From Bacteroidota bacterium (GTDB taxonomy: Bacteria; Bacteroidota; Bacteroidia; Bacteroidales; GCA-2748055): a DNA stretch of 64,000 bases. Below the pieces are notes generated by a model, which was not told the origin of the DNA, ran no database searches, and worked only from the letters and a program-made list of their open reading frames with translations. Of the stretch, positions 1 to 8,040 are shown one piece after another. The position numbers and the translations under genes were made by a program. Within the stretch, counting starts at the first letter, position 1. The number at the start of each line of letters is the position of its first letter. The stretch covers positions 8,474 through 72,473 of the forward strand of contig QMPQ01000001.1 in assembly GCA_003648635.1 (NCBI GenBank). The letters are read 5' to 3'.

Positions 1-155
1 AAAAGCGGGACACGGTTGATTCCATGGGAATTTACACCGTCTAATGTGCTTTCTGTAAATACTTTAGCTAGGGACCTGGCTTTTTCTTCTGGAAATTTAT
101 TTTTCGTAAACAGTTTGAAAAGTACATCCTGCATTTGTTCGGATGAAATCTGCAT
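1..155 (-). CDS. Ldh_2-family oxidoreductase (malate/L-lactate or 3-dehydro-L-gulonate 2-dehydrogenase-like), first 51 codons only; gene runs off the left edge
   Basis: Not in the ORF track because it is truncated. A minus-strand ATG at 155-153 opens MQISSEQMQDVLFKLFTKNKFPEEKARSLAKVFTESTLDGVNSHGINRVP. This resembles the YiaK/Ldh_2 N-terminal pattern (T.ES..GV.SHG.NR.P). Confidence 0.45.
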   Translation of the reverse strand, partial: MQISSEQMQDVLFKLFTKNKFPEEKARSLAKVFTESTLDGVNSHGINRVPL

Positions 156-185
156 GGCTCGTTTGTTTTTGGCATATAGAAATAG

Positions 186-217
186 GGGTATAGGTACTCC
201 TTACGAATACTATACCC
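186..217 (-). terminator. Hairpin between the M16 peptidase stop and the next gene start (possible terminator)
   Basis: GGGTATAG(G)TA at 186-196 pairs with TACTATACCC at 208-217 (10 bp, one bulge, 11-nt loop). On the minus strand it is followed only by an interrupted T-rich run. Confidence 0.3.
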
Positions 218-259
218 ACTATCCCCTTCAAAAGCTTATATCTTTTATTAGAAGGAATG

Positions 260-3067
260 CTATTTTTCCACCAGAACGGGATCCCCAATTCCCAGGCTCT
301 TCAAAGGCTCAAGTTGGGTGGCGGCATCTCCAACCACCACGTAATACATGTTTTGTGGTTGAATATACTTCTGTGCCAAACTTTTGTGTTCTTCAAGGGT
401 CATGGATCCAGTAACCTCCTGTTGTAAGGTGAGGTAATCAAAGGGAAGGTTATAGTTGCTTATACTTTCCAGCATCCCTAGCAAGGACCTCATGTTTTCA
501 AACTGACGGGCATTTGATTTCAGAAGTGCATCCTTGGTAAAGTCAAGATCCTCCTTTGAGATCCCTTCACGGTACTTGTTCATCTCCTCCGTAAAGATCT
601 CCATGGATTCCAGAGTAGCATTGGAGCGAACGCTTGAGCTGGCCTGGAATGTACCATAAATGTTATTTCCGCTAAAACTTGAGCGGGCACCATAAGTAAA
701 TCCCTTTTCTTCTCGTAGTATCAGATTCAGGAAGCTACTGAAGGAACCACCCAGCTTGTAATTCATGGTTTGTACAGCATCATAATCGGAGTGTGACCGC
801 GTTAAGGCCAGGTTCCCAATCTGAATAACAGATTGTTTGGCTCCTGGAACATCTACAAAATAGATTACCGGTGAATCGGGATTTCCCGGAATTTCGAACT
901 CGGGAAGGACAACATCCTTTGATTCCCATCGGGTGTTAATACTTTCAAAGGCAGCTTTAATATCCACCAAAGGAATAGGTCCGACCATATGCAGTGATGC
1001 CAGGGATGGACTTAAATTGTTTTCATAGTAATTTTGCAAATCTTCCATGGTGATGGCCTCGATGCTCTCAAGGGTTCCGTAGGAAGGAACAGCCATCGGA
1101 TTTTCTTCTCCAAATGCCAGCTTATTGAAAGTAATATAGGCCAGGTAGTTGGGATTGGCAACGTTTCGTTTGATGTTATTGGTAACCCTGCTTTTAGCCA
1201 GCTCAAATTGCTCCTCATCCCACCGGGGTTCCAGAAGGATTTCTTCCACCAGGGCCACAGTGCTTTCAAAATTTCTGGCAAGAGTATTAACGTTAATGGA
1301 TATGGATTGCTCGCCTCCATAAACATTTATGCTGGCACCCAGCATGTCAATGGCCTCTTCAAGTTCTTCGGGTGTTTTGGTGGCAGTACCCTCAGTCAAT
1401 AACTCAGCAACAAGATAGGCGACTCCTGGCAGTTCGGGTTGATCCAGCAGGTGTCCTCCTTTGATGACCAGGGAATAATTGACCAGGGGCACTTCATCAT
1501 AAGCGATTCCATAGACATTAATTCCATTGGACAATTCATCACTCCATATCTCCGGGGGAACTACGACTGGATCGGGTCCCATCTCTGGCTCTACAGAACG
1601 GTCGAAGGAAGAGGGGGTAAGGACAATCTCCTCCTCTTCTGTCTCCTCCTGTGTGACCTCGGTGGCATCGGTGATACTTTCTTCCACCACTTCTGCTTTT
1701 ACAGAGTTTACAGCCACAAGACCCATGGATCCTTTGGGTACAAAGCTGGTGGAAACAAAAGGTTTGTCTTTGACATAGCTTTCATAAACACGTAGGACAT
1801 CTTCGATTGTAACGGCCTGAATGTTGGCAATATCTTCTTCGATAAAGGAAGGTGATCCGGCATACTCATTATAGCGTGCCATTTGAAATCCCTTTCCAAG
1901 GATGGAACTGATGCTGTTATAGAAACCGGTCTCAAGACCAGCTTTGATCCGCTCCATGTCGTTTTCTGTAATGCCTTCTTCTTCAAATAGCTCCAAAGAT
2001 TCGAATATGGCGTCTTCCACATCGGCAAGGCTTATATCCGCATTGGCATTGATGGTGACCCTGAAACTACCTGCAAGTTCCCTGGAACGGTTGTAGGCAG
2101 AAGCTCTGGAGGTAAGTTTTTTCTCCTTAACGAGAACCTTGTACATGGGGGACTTCTTTCCGCTGGAAAGCAGCTGACCAAGGAAATTCAGTGCATAGGC
2201 ATCTTTTGTATATTGCTCCACAGTGGGCCAGGCCATGGTAAGTCTGGGAGTCTTGGCAAAGTTGTCTTCGTGGTATAGTTTTTTGGTCTCATTCAAAGTG
2301 ACCAGCATGGGTTCCATGTCCTGCATGGGATCACCGCCTGGAATTTCACTAAAGTATTTCTCTACCAGTGCCCGGGTTTCCTCAAGGTTGATGTCTCCGG
2401 CTATCACAAGGGTAGCATTGTTGGGCCCATAGAAGGTAGCGTGAAACTCCTTTACATCTTCCACGGTGGCATTAAAGAGGTCCTCCATCTCACCAATCAC
2501 CTGCCAGCTGTATGGATGACCCTCAGGGTACAGGTTTCTATCCATTACCCAGGAGTTATGACCATAGGGCCGGTTATCTACCATCTGTCTCTTTTCGTTC
2601 TGAACCACATTTTGCTGGTTGGCAAATGCAGATAGGGTCACTGTATTGATCAGATAGCCCATACGATCCGACTCCAGCCACAAGGCCATTTCCAAAGCGT
2701 TCTTCGGCACAATTTCATAATATACTGTTCCGTCGGAATTGGTTCCACCATTGAGTGTTCCACCGGCAGCCTGGATCTTTTTAAAGAACTGGTCCTCACC
2801 CACATTTTCCGATTGTTGGAACATCATGTGCTCGAACAGGTGGGCGAAACCTGTGCGTCCCGTGTTTTCACGGTTCGAACCAACATGATACTGGATAGCT
2901 ACTGAGGCGATGGGATCGGACTTATCGATATGCAGTATCACATCCAGTCCATTATCAAGAGTATACTTCTCATAGTCGATTGAGAAATCTGTTTTCTCCC
3001 CGCTTGAGGTACAAGAAACCAGCATAAGGAAAAGAATCCCTATGGCGTAAATGGCGAATTTTTTCAT
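260..3067 (-). CDS. M16 (pitrilysin/insulinase) family zinc peptidase, lipoprotein, two-unit ~935 aa form
   Basis: ORF-track frame 260..3139, trimmed to MKKFAIYAIGILFLMLVSCTSSG (signal plus lipobox Cys, ATG at 3067). It carries the HxxEH zinc motif HLFEHMMF near the N-terminus and a second M16-like half. Confidence 0.85.
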   Translation of the reverse strand: MKKFAIYAIGILFLMLVSCTSSGEKTDFSIDYEKYTLDNGLDVILHIDKSDPIASVAIQYHVGSNRENTGRTGFAHLFEHMMFQQSENVGEDQFFKKIQAAGGTLNGGTNSDGTVYYEIVPKNALEMALWLESDRMGYLINTVTLSAFANQQNVVQNEKRQMVDNRPYGHNSWVMDRNLYPEGHPYSWQVIGEMEDLFNATVEDVKEFHATFYGPNNATLVIAGDINLEETRALVEKYFSEIPGGDPMQDMEPMLVTLNETKKLYHEDNFAKTPRLTMAWPTVEQYTKDAYALNFLGQLLSSGKKSPMYKVLVKEKKLTSRASAYNRSRELAGSFRVTINANADISLADVEDAIFESLELFEEEGITENDMERIKAGLETGFYNSISSILGKGFQMARYNEYAGSPSFIEEDIANIQAVTIEDVLRVYESYVKDKPFVSTSFVPKGSMGLVAVNSVKAEVVEESITDATEVTQEETEEEEIVLTPSSFDRSVEPEMGPDPVVVPPEIWSDELSNGINVYGIAYDEVPLVNYSLVIKGGHLLDQPELPGVAYLVAELLTEGTATKTPEELEEAIDMLGASINVYGGEQSISINVNTLARNFESTVALVEEILLEPRWDEEQFELAKSRVTNNIKRNVANPNYLAYITFNKLAFGEENPMAVPSYGTLESIEAITMEDLQNYYENNLSPSLASLHMVGPIPLVDIKAAFESINTRWESKDVVLPEFEIPGNPDSPVIYFVDVPGAKQSVIQIGNLALTRSHSDYDAVQTMNYKLGGSFSSFLNLILREEKGFTYGARSSFSGNNIYGTFQASSSVRSNATLESMEIFTEEMNKYREGISKEDLDFTKDALLKSNARQFENMRSLLGMLESISNYNLPFDYLTLQQEVTGSMTLEEHKSLAQKYIQPQNMYYVVVGDAATQLEPLKSLGIGDPVLVEK

Positions 3068-3142
3068 GATGAGTCTTTGTGAATTTAGGGCTTGAGTCAA
3101 ATTGATAGGCAAATTACCACTTATTCTCTCTCGATGCAATTG

Positions 3143-3982
3143 TTATTTCTGAGTTTTAAAAAACGTTACATTTTCCCCATTCCAGATATCTGTTGCAGGT
3201 AGGATGTTTTCAAAACACTCGGTCAATATAAATCCTCGGGTAGAGAGCAAAGCAATTACTTCTTCACAATTAAAATAATGTGTCCAGAAGCGATACGTGT
3301 CTACCTGATCTGACTCATCGATTATAGTATGCTGCTTTAGGAATACTTTTTCATCCGGATAATGAAAGCCATTTACTAGTTCCATATAAGGTGTTGACTT
3401 CCAAAAACCACTGTATTCAAAGGTCCAGTTTTGTTGTTCCTGAAACTTCTGTTCAACATTTGTATCGTTTAAAAGATCAAAAATAAAGACTCCATGGGGC
3501 TTTAAAGCCCCATGGATATTATCAAGTAAGCCCTCCCTTTCTTCAGGCAATAAAACTCCCAGATCGGTATAGATAAGTATGATAAGGTCAAATTGATTTT
3601 CAAAATCAAGTTCAAGGTAATTCTGACATATGTAGTTGATTTCAAGACCCTTTTCTTTAGCTGTCTTTTTAGCATAAGAGATAGAGTTTTTTGAAAAATC
3701 GACACCTGTACACGCATGTCCTAACGCTGCCAGCTTCTCCAAATAAATTCCGGGGCCACAACCCAAATCAAGAATGGACATGGAGGATTCTGTGCAAAAG
3801 GTTTTTATAAACTCAACAGTTCGGTTTATACTCTCCGGCATTCGACTTGCTGAATCAATATCTGGATTCAGGTGTATCTCTAATAGCTTCTTAGAAATGT
3901 GGTCGTCTGTCCAAATGATAGAATCCCCTTTTTCATAGATTTTTGGTTTCTGTGATGCAATATGAAAATTATCAATATTCAT
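3143..3982 (-). CDS. Class I SAM-dependent methyltransferase
   Basis: 279 aa with SAM-binding motif I ILDLGCGPGIY. It sits 3 nt upstream of the peptidase ORF on the same strand. Confidence 0.75.
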   Translation of the reverse strand: MNIDNFHIASQKPKIYEKGDSIIWTDDHISKKLLEIHLNPDIDSASRMPESINRTVEFIKTFCTESSMSILDLGCGPGIYLEKLAALGHACTGVDFSKNSISYAKKTAKEKGLEINYICQNYLELDFENQFDLIILIYTDLGVLLPEEREGLLDNIHGALKPHGVFIFDLLNDTNVEQKFQEQQNWTFEYSGFWKSTPYMELVNGFHYPDEKVFLKQHTIIDESDQVDTYRFWTHYFNCEEVIALLSTRGFILTECFENILPATDIWNGENVTFFKTQK

Positions 3983-4150
3983 GATTGATTACCAGGGAGT
4001 TATGCCATGCATCGGCAATGAAATATAGTGATTATTTGCTTGATATCCATCTATTCTTCCAAATTGACTGTTGGCATGCATTCCGGGTAAGGCTCTTAAG
4101 AATTGTCAGGATTCATGCATTTTACGATATTTGTTTTATAACTCAGCCCC

Positions 4151-5335
4151 ATGAACAAGAACAGAATTCTATCCATTGACGTAAGCCGCGGACTCACCAT
4201 CTTCCTTATGGTATTTGTTAATGACCTGATGCCGGTAACCGGAATTCCCTCCTGGCTGAAACATGCCAGTGCCGACGCCAATACCATGACTTTTGTGGAT
4301 GTGGTGTTCCCTGCCTTTCTGTTCATTGTAGGCATATCCATACCCCTGGCCATGGGCGTACGCCTGGCCAGAGGCGAGAGCTCTCTTCAAATTGGGAAGC
4401 ATGTCTTTATTCGGACCGCGGGATTGATTTTCCTTGGCCTGTTTATGGTCAATTCCTGGGAGTGGCCCGAAGGATCAGCGCTCATTTCAAAGAGGTGGTG
4501 GGATATATTACTATATCTCAGTGCAATATTAGTCTGGAACAAGTATCCTAAAGCGGATGGAGCCAGGAAGAAACTTTATACTGGTCTGCAGGCACTGGGA
4601 ATTGTAGTTCTACTTGTCCTGGCTCTACTTTATCCCAAAGGCGAGGGTGAAGTGTTAATTGGTATGAAGATCAGTTACTGGGGTATATTGGGACTGATCG
4701 GCTGGGCCTATCTTCTATCCGTGCTTGCTTTTCTTCTTTTTAAAAACAGCATTGGGGCACTTGTCGGGATGCTTGCACTATTTGTTATTATGGTAACTGG
4801 TCTCCAGAGCGAAGCCTTCCATTTGCCACCTTTCCTCTCCTGGTTCGATTCCCAGGTGTTTCACCTGACCCATGCTTCGATGACCCTTGCGGGTATCGTT
4901 TTCACCTTGTTGTTCCTTCAAAAGGGCAGCAGCAAAACCCATAAGCAACGAATTACTGGCATGTTGATCACCGCCTTATTCTTCATGGTAGCCGGTTTTT
5001 TCCTGGCACCGGTGGGGGGTATCTCCAAGATATATGCCACCCCATCCTGGGCGCTTTATAGTGTTGCCATCTGTTGCTTCCTGTTCCCTCTGATATATTG
5101 GTTGGTTGATGTGAAAGGCTATTCCCGATGGGCAAACTTTTTAAAGCCGGCAGGTATTAATCCCTTACTTACTTACATCTTGCCCTATTTATTCTATGGC
5201 ATATTCACTGTAGGTTACGTGGGTGAAGCCTTCAACAAGGGCGCTTTAGGTATCATGCGATCGATTCTTTTCTCCCTCTTAACACTGGGTGCTGCTGCTC
5301 TGCTCACACGCAGGAAAATTATCCTCAAACTTTAG
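4151..5335 (+). CDS. Polytopic membrane acyltransferase-like protein (DUF5009/DUF1624, HGSNAT-like)
   Basis: 394 aa and hydrophobic throughout (about 10 TM segments). The N-terminus RILSIDVSRGLTIFLMVFVN is typical of the heparan-alpha-glucosaminide N-acetyltransferase-like family. Confidence 0.6.
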   Translation: MNKNRILSIDVSRGLTIFLMVFVNDLMPVTGIPSWLKHASADANTMTFVDVVFPAFLFIVGISIPLAMGVRLARGESSLQIGKHVFIRTAGLIFLGLFMVNSWEWPEGSALISKRWWDILLYLSAILVWNKYPKADGARKKLYTGLQALGIVVLLVLALLYPKGEGEVLIGMKISYWGILGLIGWAYLLSVLAFLLFKNSIGALVGMLALFVIMVTGLQSEAFHLPPFLSWFDSQVFHLTHASMTLAGIVFTLLFLQKGSSKTHKQRITGMLITALFFMVAGFFLAPVGGISKIYATPSWALYSVAICCFLFPLIYWLVDVKGYSRWANFLKPAGINPLLTYILPYLFYGIFTVGYVGEAFNKGALGIMRSILFSLLTLGAAALLTRRKIILKL

Positions 5336-5356
5336 GCAAAGAATAAACACGGTATA

Positions 5357-7051
5357 TTAAGGAGCCACCGGAGTCACCGGTAGCTTGCCTTTGGCTTCAA
5401 TCTTTCCAGATAACAAATTCACCATTGCTTTTACATTGGAAATATTTGATCCTATGGCACTTATATAAGTGTCAGGCTGCACAATCAGAGCATCGTAGGG
5501 ATCTTTCAGGGCTACATTGATAAGGGGTGCTTTAGTGTTCTCCTTCACGACAGCCAGCCTTCTTCGCTGCTCTTCCAGGTCCAGCGAGGCGCCAGGGAAG
5601 GGATAGTTTTCACTAACGCATATAATAACATCCTCACCAGGAATCTCATCTTCATAGTTGTATTCACTTACATCAAATCCGGCCGCGATCATTTCGCTTA
5701 CAAAGTCTGCATAGGCCGTATAATAATTGGGACCGATTCCGGCAGCGATTGTGATAATCTCTTCCACATTCTCCTTAGTAAGCCTAACGACCGATACAGA
5801 ACTCCCCGGCTTTAGTGGTACTGAAGAGCGCTTGTCATAGGCCATGTACAACGAAGATTCAGCCACTCTTAGGGCAGCCGCCTTATGCTCCGGATTGCCC
5901 ACAAAAGAAGAAGCAGATGCAGCGTCTACAGTTAGTTTCTCTGTAAGTTTGTATTTTTCCTTCAGGGAGATAATACGATTGTAGGCCTCGTTGAGACGTT
6001 CCATGGGGATCCTTCCCTCTATGACAGCCTGTTCTACCCTGTCGATCATTTCATTCTGGGATTTAATATAATCGCCTACGTCCTCTCCGTAACGCTCTTC
6101 TGCAAGCATGATCATATCAGCTCCGGCTAATATGGTAAGAATAGCAGCCTCAGGTGGGTCGTAACTCTTTTGAATCGATCCCATATTGAACGAATCTGTA
6201 ATCACCACTCCTTTAAAACCAAGTTTATCCCTCAGGTAATCGATGAGGATAAGCGAAGAAAGGGTGGCAGGATGTTCAGGGTCCAGTGCATCAAATATGA
6301 TGTGTGAAGTCATTACCAGGTCCACACCGGCATCTATTGCCACTTTAAATGGGAGTAAATCGATGGATTCAATCTCCTCCAGGGAACGGGTTACCCTGGG
6401 AATTCCTTTGTGGGAATCTGTGCTGGTGTTGCCATGTCCGGGAAAGTGCTTCGCAACGGCGATGATGCCATTACTATGAAGCCCTGTAATGGCTGCCTTA
6501 ACACGGTCGGCAACAGCCTGGGGATTCTCACCGAAGGAACGTGTTCCAATGATGGGATTCAGCGGATTTGAATTCACATCTGCTGCCGGACAAAGATTAC
6601 AAACAACCCCGATCGATGTTAGCTCTTTGGCAAATATGGAATACATCTCCTCCGTATTGGCCACAGGAGACGCACCCAGAGCCATGTTGCCAGGCCCGGT
6701 AGTGGAATATGGAACCATAATCCCCCATGCACCTTCCTGATCACAGGCTGTCAAAAGCGGCTGTTTGGAGATTCCGTTCATGGCGGCAGCCTGCAACTCA
6801 TTCATCAAGAGGGCCGATTGCTTTGGCTCCCTAAGATTTTCATTACTCAGGTATAGTCCCCCGATTCCTCGCTCAGCGATAAAAGGCAAAACAATGTCAG
6901 CCTCTTCTCCAGTAAAAGCAAGAAGAAATAGCTGGCCCACTTTCATTCTTACTTCATCCTTATCCGGGATACCCGAGCTCGTACAGGAATTTTGCATTAA
7001 GAAAAAGCAGAATAGTGTCACCAGGAACAGATGAGTAATGAGTCTTTTCAT
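5357..7051 (-). CDS. Glycoside hydrolase family 3 beta-N-acetylhexosaminidase-like lipoprotein
   Basis: 564 aa with signal/lipobox LMQNSCTSSG. GH3 signatures are present: AKHFPGHGNTSTDSH and IIGTRSFG. Confidence 0.8.
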   Translation of the reverse strand: MKRLITHLFLVTLFCFFLMQNSCTSSGIPDKDEVRMKVGQLFLLAFTGEEADIVLPFIAERGIGGLYLSNENLREPKQSALLMNELQAAAMNGISKQPLLTACDQEGAWGIMVPYSTTGPGNMALGASPVANTEEMYSIFAKELTSIGVVCNLCPAADVNSNPLNPIIGTRSFGENPQAVADRVKAAITGLHSNGIIAVAKHFPGHGNTSTDSHKGIPRVTRSLEEIESIDLLPFKVAIDAGVDLVMTSHIIFDALDPEHPATLSSLILIDYLRDKLGFKGVVITDSFNMGSIQKSYDPPEAAILTILAGADMIMLAEERYGEDVGDYIKSQNEMIDRVEQAVIEGRIPMERLNEAYNRIISLKEKYKLTEKLTVDAASASSFVGNPEHKAAALRVAESSLYMAYDKRSSVPLKPGSSVSVVRLTKENVEEIITIAAGIGPNYYTAYADFVSEMIAAGFDVSEYNYEDEIPGEDVIICVSENYPFPGASLDLEEQRRRLAVVKENTKAPLINVALKDPYDALIVQPDTYISAIGSNISNVKAMVNLLSGKIEAKGKLPVTPVAP

Positions 7052-7154
7052 TGGATTTTATTTAGTCAATTGGAGTGCGAAATATACGATTTTGTTAGTG
7101 ATCCTGTCAAAGCAAAGGCAAATAAGAAAACTAATATGGATTTCATATGCCTAG

Positions 7155-7364
7155 TTATTTCTTTTTTTCCAAAAGAGAGATTACCATGACAATGACCAGT
7201 AAAATCATTGCGAAAATGCCGAGATAGCTTCCGGCGTTGTTTGACCAGCTTAAATCTCCAAAATCTGTAACTGAGATATGCCCAATTATAATTATTACGG
7301 CCACACCGATCAGGATATATTTAACGTTTTTCATGATGGTTTTTTTGGCACAGTATTTTTTCAA
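7155..7364 (-). CDS. Small two-TM membrane protein, hypothetical
   Basis: 69-aa ORF (an alternative start at MKNVKYILIG gives 59 aa) with two hydrophobic helices. I recognised no family. Confidence 0.35.
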   Translation of the reverse strand: MKKYCAKKTIMKNVKYILIGVAVIIIIGHISVTDFGDLSWSNNAGSYLGIFAMILLVIVMVISLLEKKK

Positions 7365-7391
7365 TTATTATAATGGAAAGGTATGCTATTG

Positions 7392-8018
7392 TCACCTTAG
7401 GGCTGGTGTCGGATCATTTTCTTTAATTCTGCGCCTGCAAATTTTCTCAATTTCAAACACATAGGGAATTTTTGTAATGTGGATAAGATCGGGGACATAC
7501 CTGTCCGGACCATTTTTTTTACTTACCATTCTGCCCGTTCTCATCTGTAAGGCAATACTGCCTGTAGGGGTATCCCCACTTAGCTCTATATCGCCTGAGA
7601 ATTGTTCCCAATCAATGGATCTGATCTTACCCTTGTAGGAATGTATTAACCTGGTTGAAGTGCCAACGAAATAGCCGCCTTTTCTGAATAGTGAGCGTAT
7701 ACCTCCTCCTAACATAGCAAGTCCAATGAGTACAAACAAACCAATAATGAGCGCTGGTAACATGATAGGTCCTAAATTGTCAGGACTTGCAACGGTAGGT
7801 ACTCCATTCGCTTCAAAGTGGACTTCATTTCCAAGAAATAGTGGACCCAAAAAGACAACTACAAAGATACTGGTAAACGCAGTCCAGAAAGCTCCAAATA
7901 TAATTAGTGCATATGAATTCCTGCGCGGCTGAGCACGTCCTGCCTTCACAGCGAAATCTTTGCTTTCAGAACCAATGACAGTGATCAAATTTCCTGGTAA
8001 CCTGGTGTTTTCTATCAT
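7392..8018 (-). CDS. Hypothetical two-TM membrane protein with a C-terminal soluble beta-rich domain (possibly bacterial-PH-like)
   Basis: ORF-track frame 7392..8126, trimmed to MIENTRLPGN (ATG at 8018) because the longer form overlaps the GH95 3' end. It has two TM helices followed by a ~100-aa domain. Confidence 0.45.
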   Translation of the reverse strand: MIENTRLPGNLITVIGSESKDFAVKAGRAQPRRNSYALIIFGAFWTAFTSIFVVVFLGPLFLGNEVHFEANGVPTVASPDNLGPIMLPALIIGLFVLIGLAMLGGGIRSLFRKGGYFVGTSTRLIHSYKGKIRSIDWEQFSGDIELSGDTPTGSIALQMRTGRMVSKKNGPDRYVPDLIHITKIPYVFEIEKICRRRIKENDPTPALR

Positions 8019-8040
8019 ATTACTTTGCTTTGCTATATAT

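Noticed and set aside
16-414. 132-aa + strand ORF at the left edge
   Set aside because: It lies antisense to the C-terminus of the well-supported M16 peptidase and to the Ldh_2-like N-terminal fragment. Its composition is low-complexity and Cys/Phe-rich, with no recognisable family. It is a shadow ORF.
2872-2881. A tRNA T-arm-like string GGTTCGAACC
   Set aside because: It lies inside the M16 peptidase coding frame with no acceptor or anticodon stems around it. No tRNA-like cloverleaf was seen in any intergenic region.
3068-3139. Longer N-terminal extensions offered by the ORF track (also 8019-8126, 18743-18904, 27522-27542, 38488-38550, 41005-41088, 59324-59383)
   Set aside because: In each case an internal Met gives a canonical signal peptide, lipobox or conserved family N-terminus. 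The extension would overlap a neighbouring gene or promoter. The starts were trimmed accordingly, though this remains unverified experimentally.
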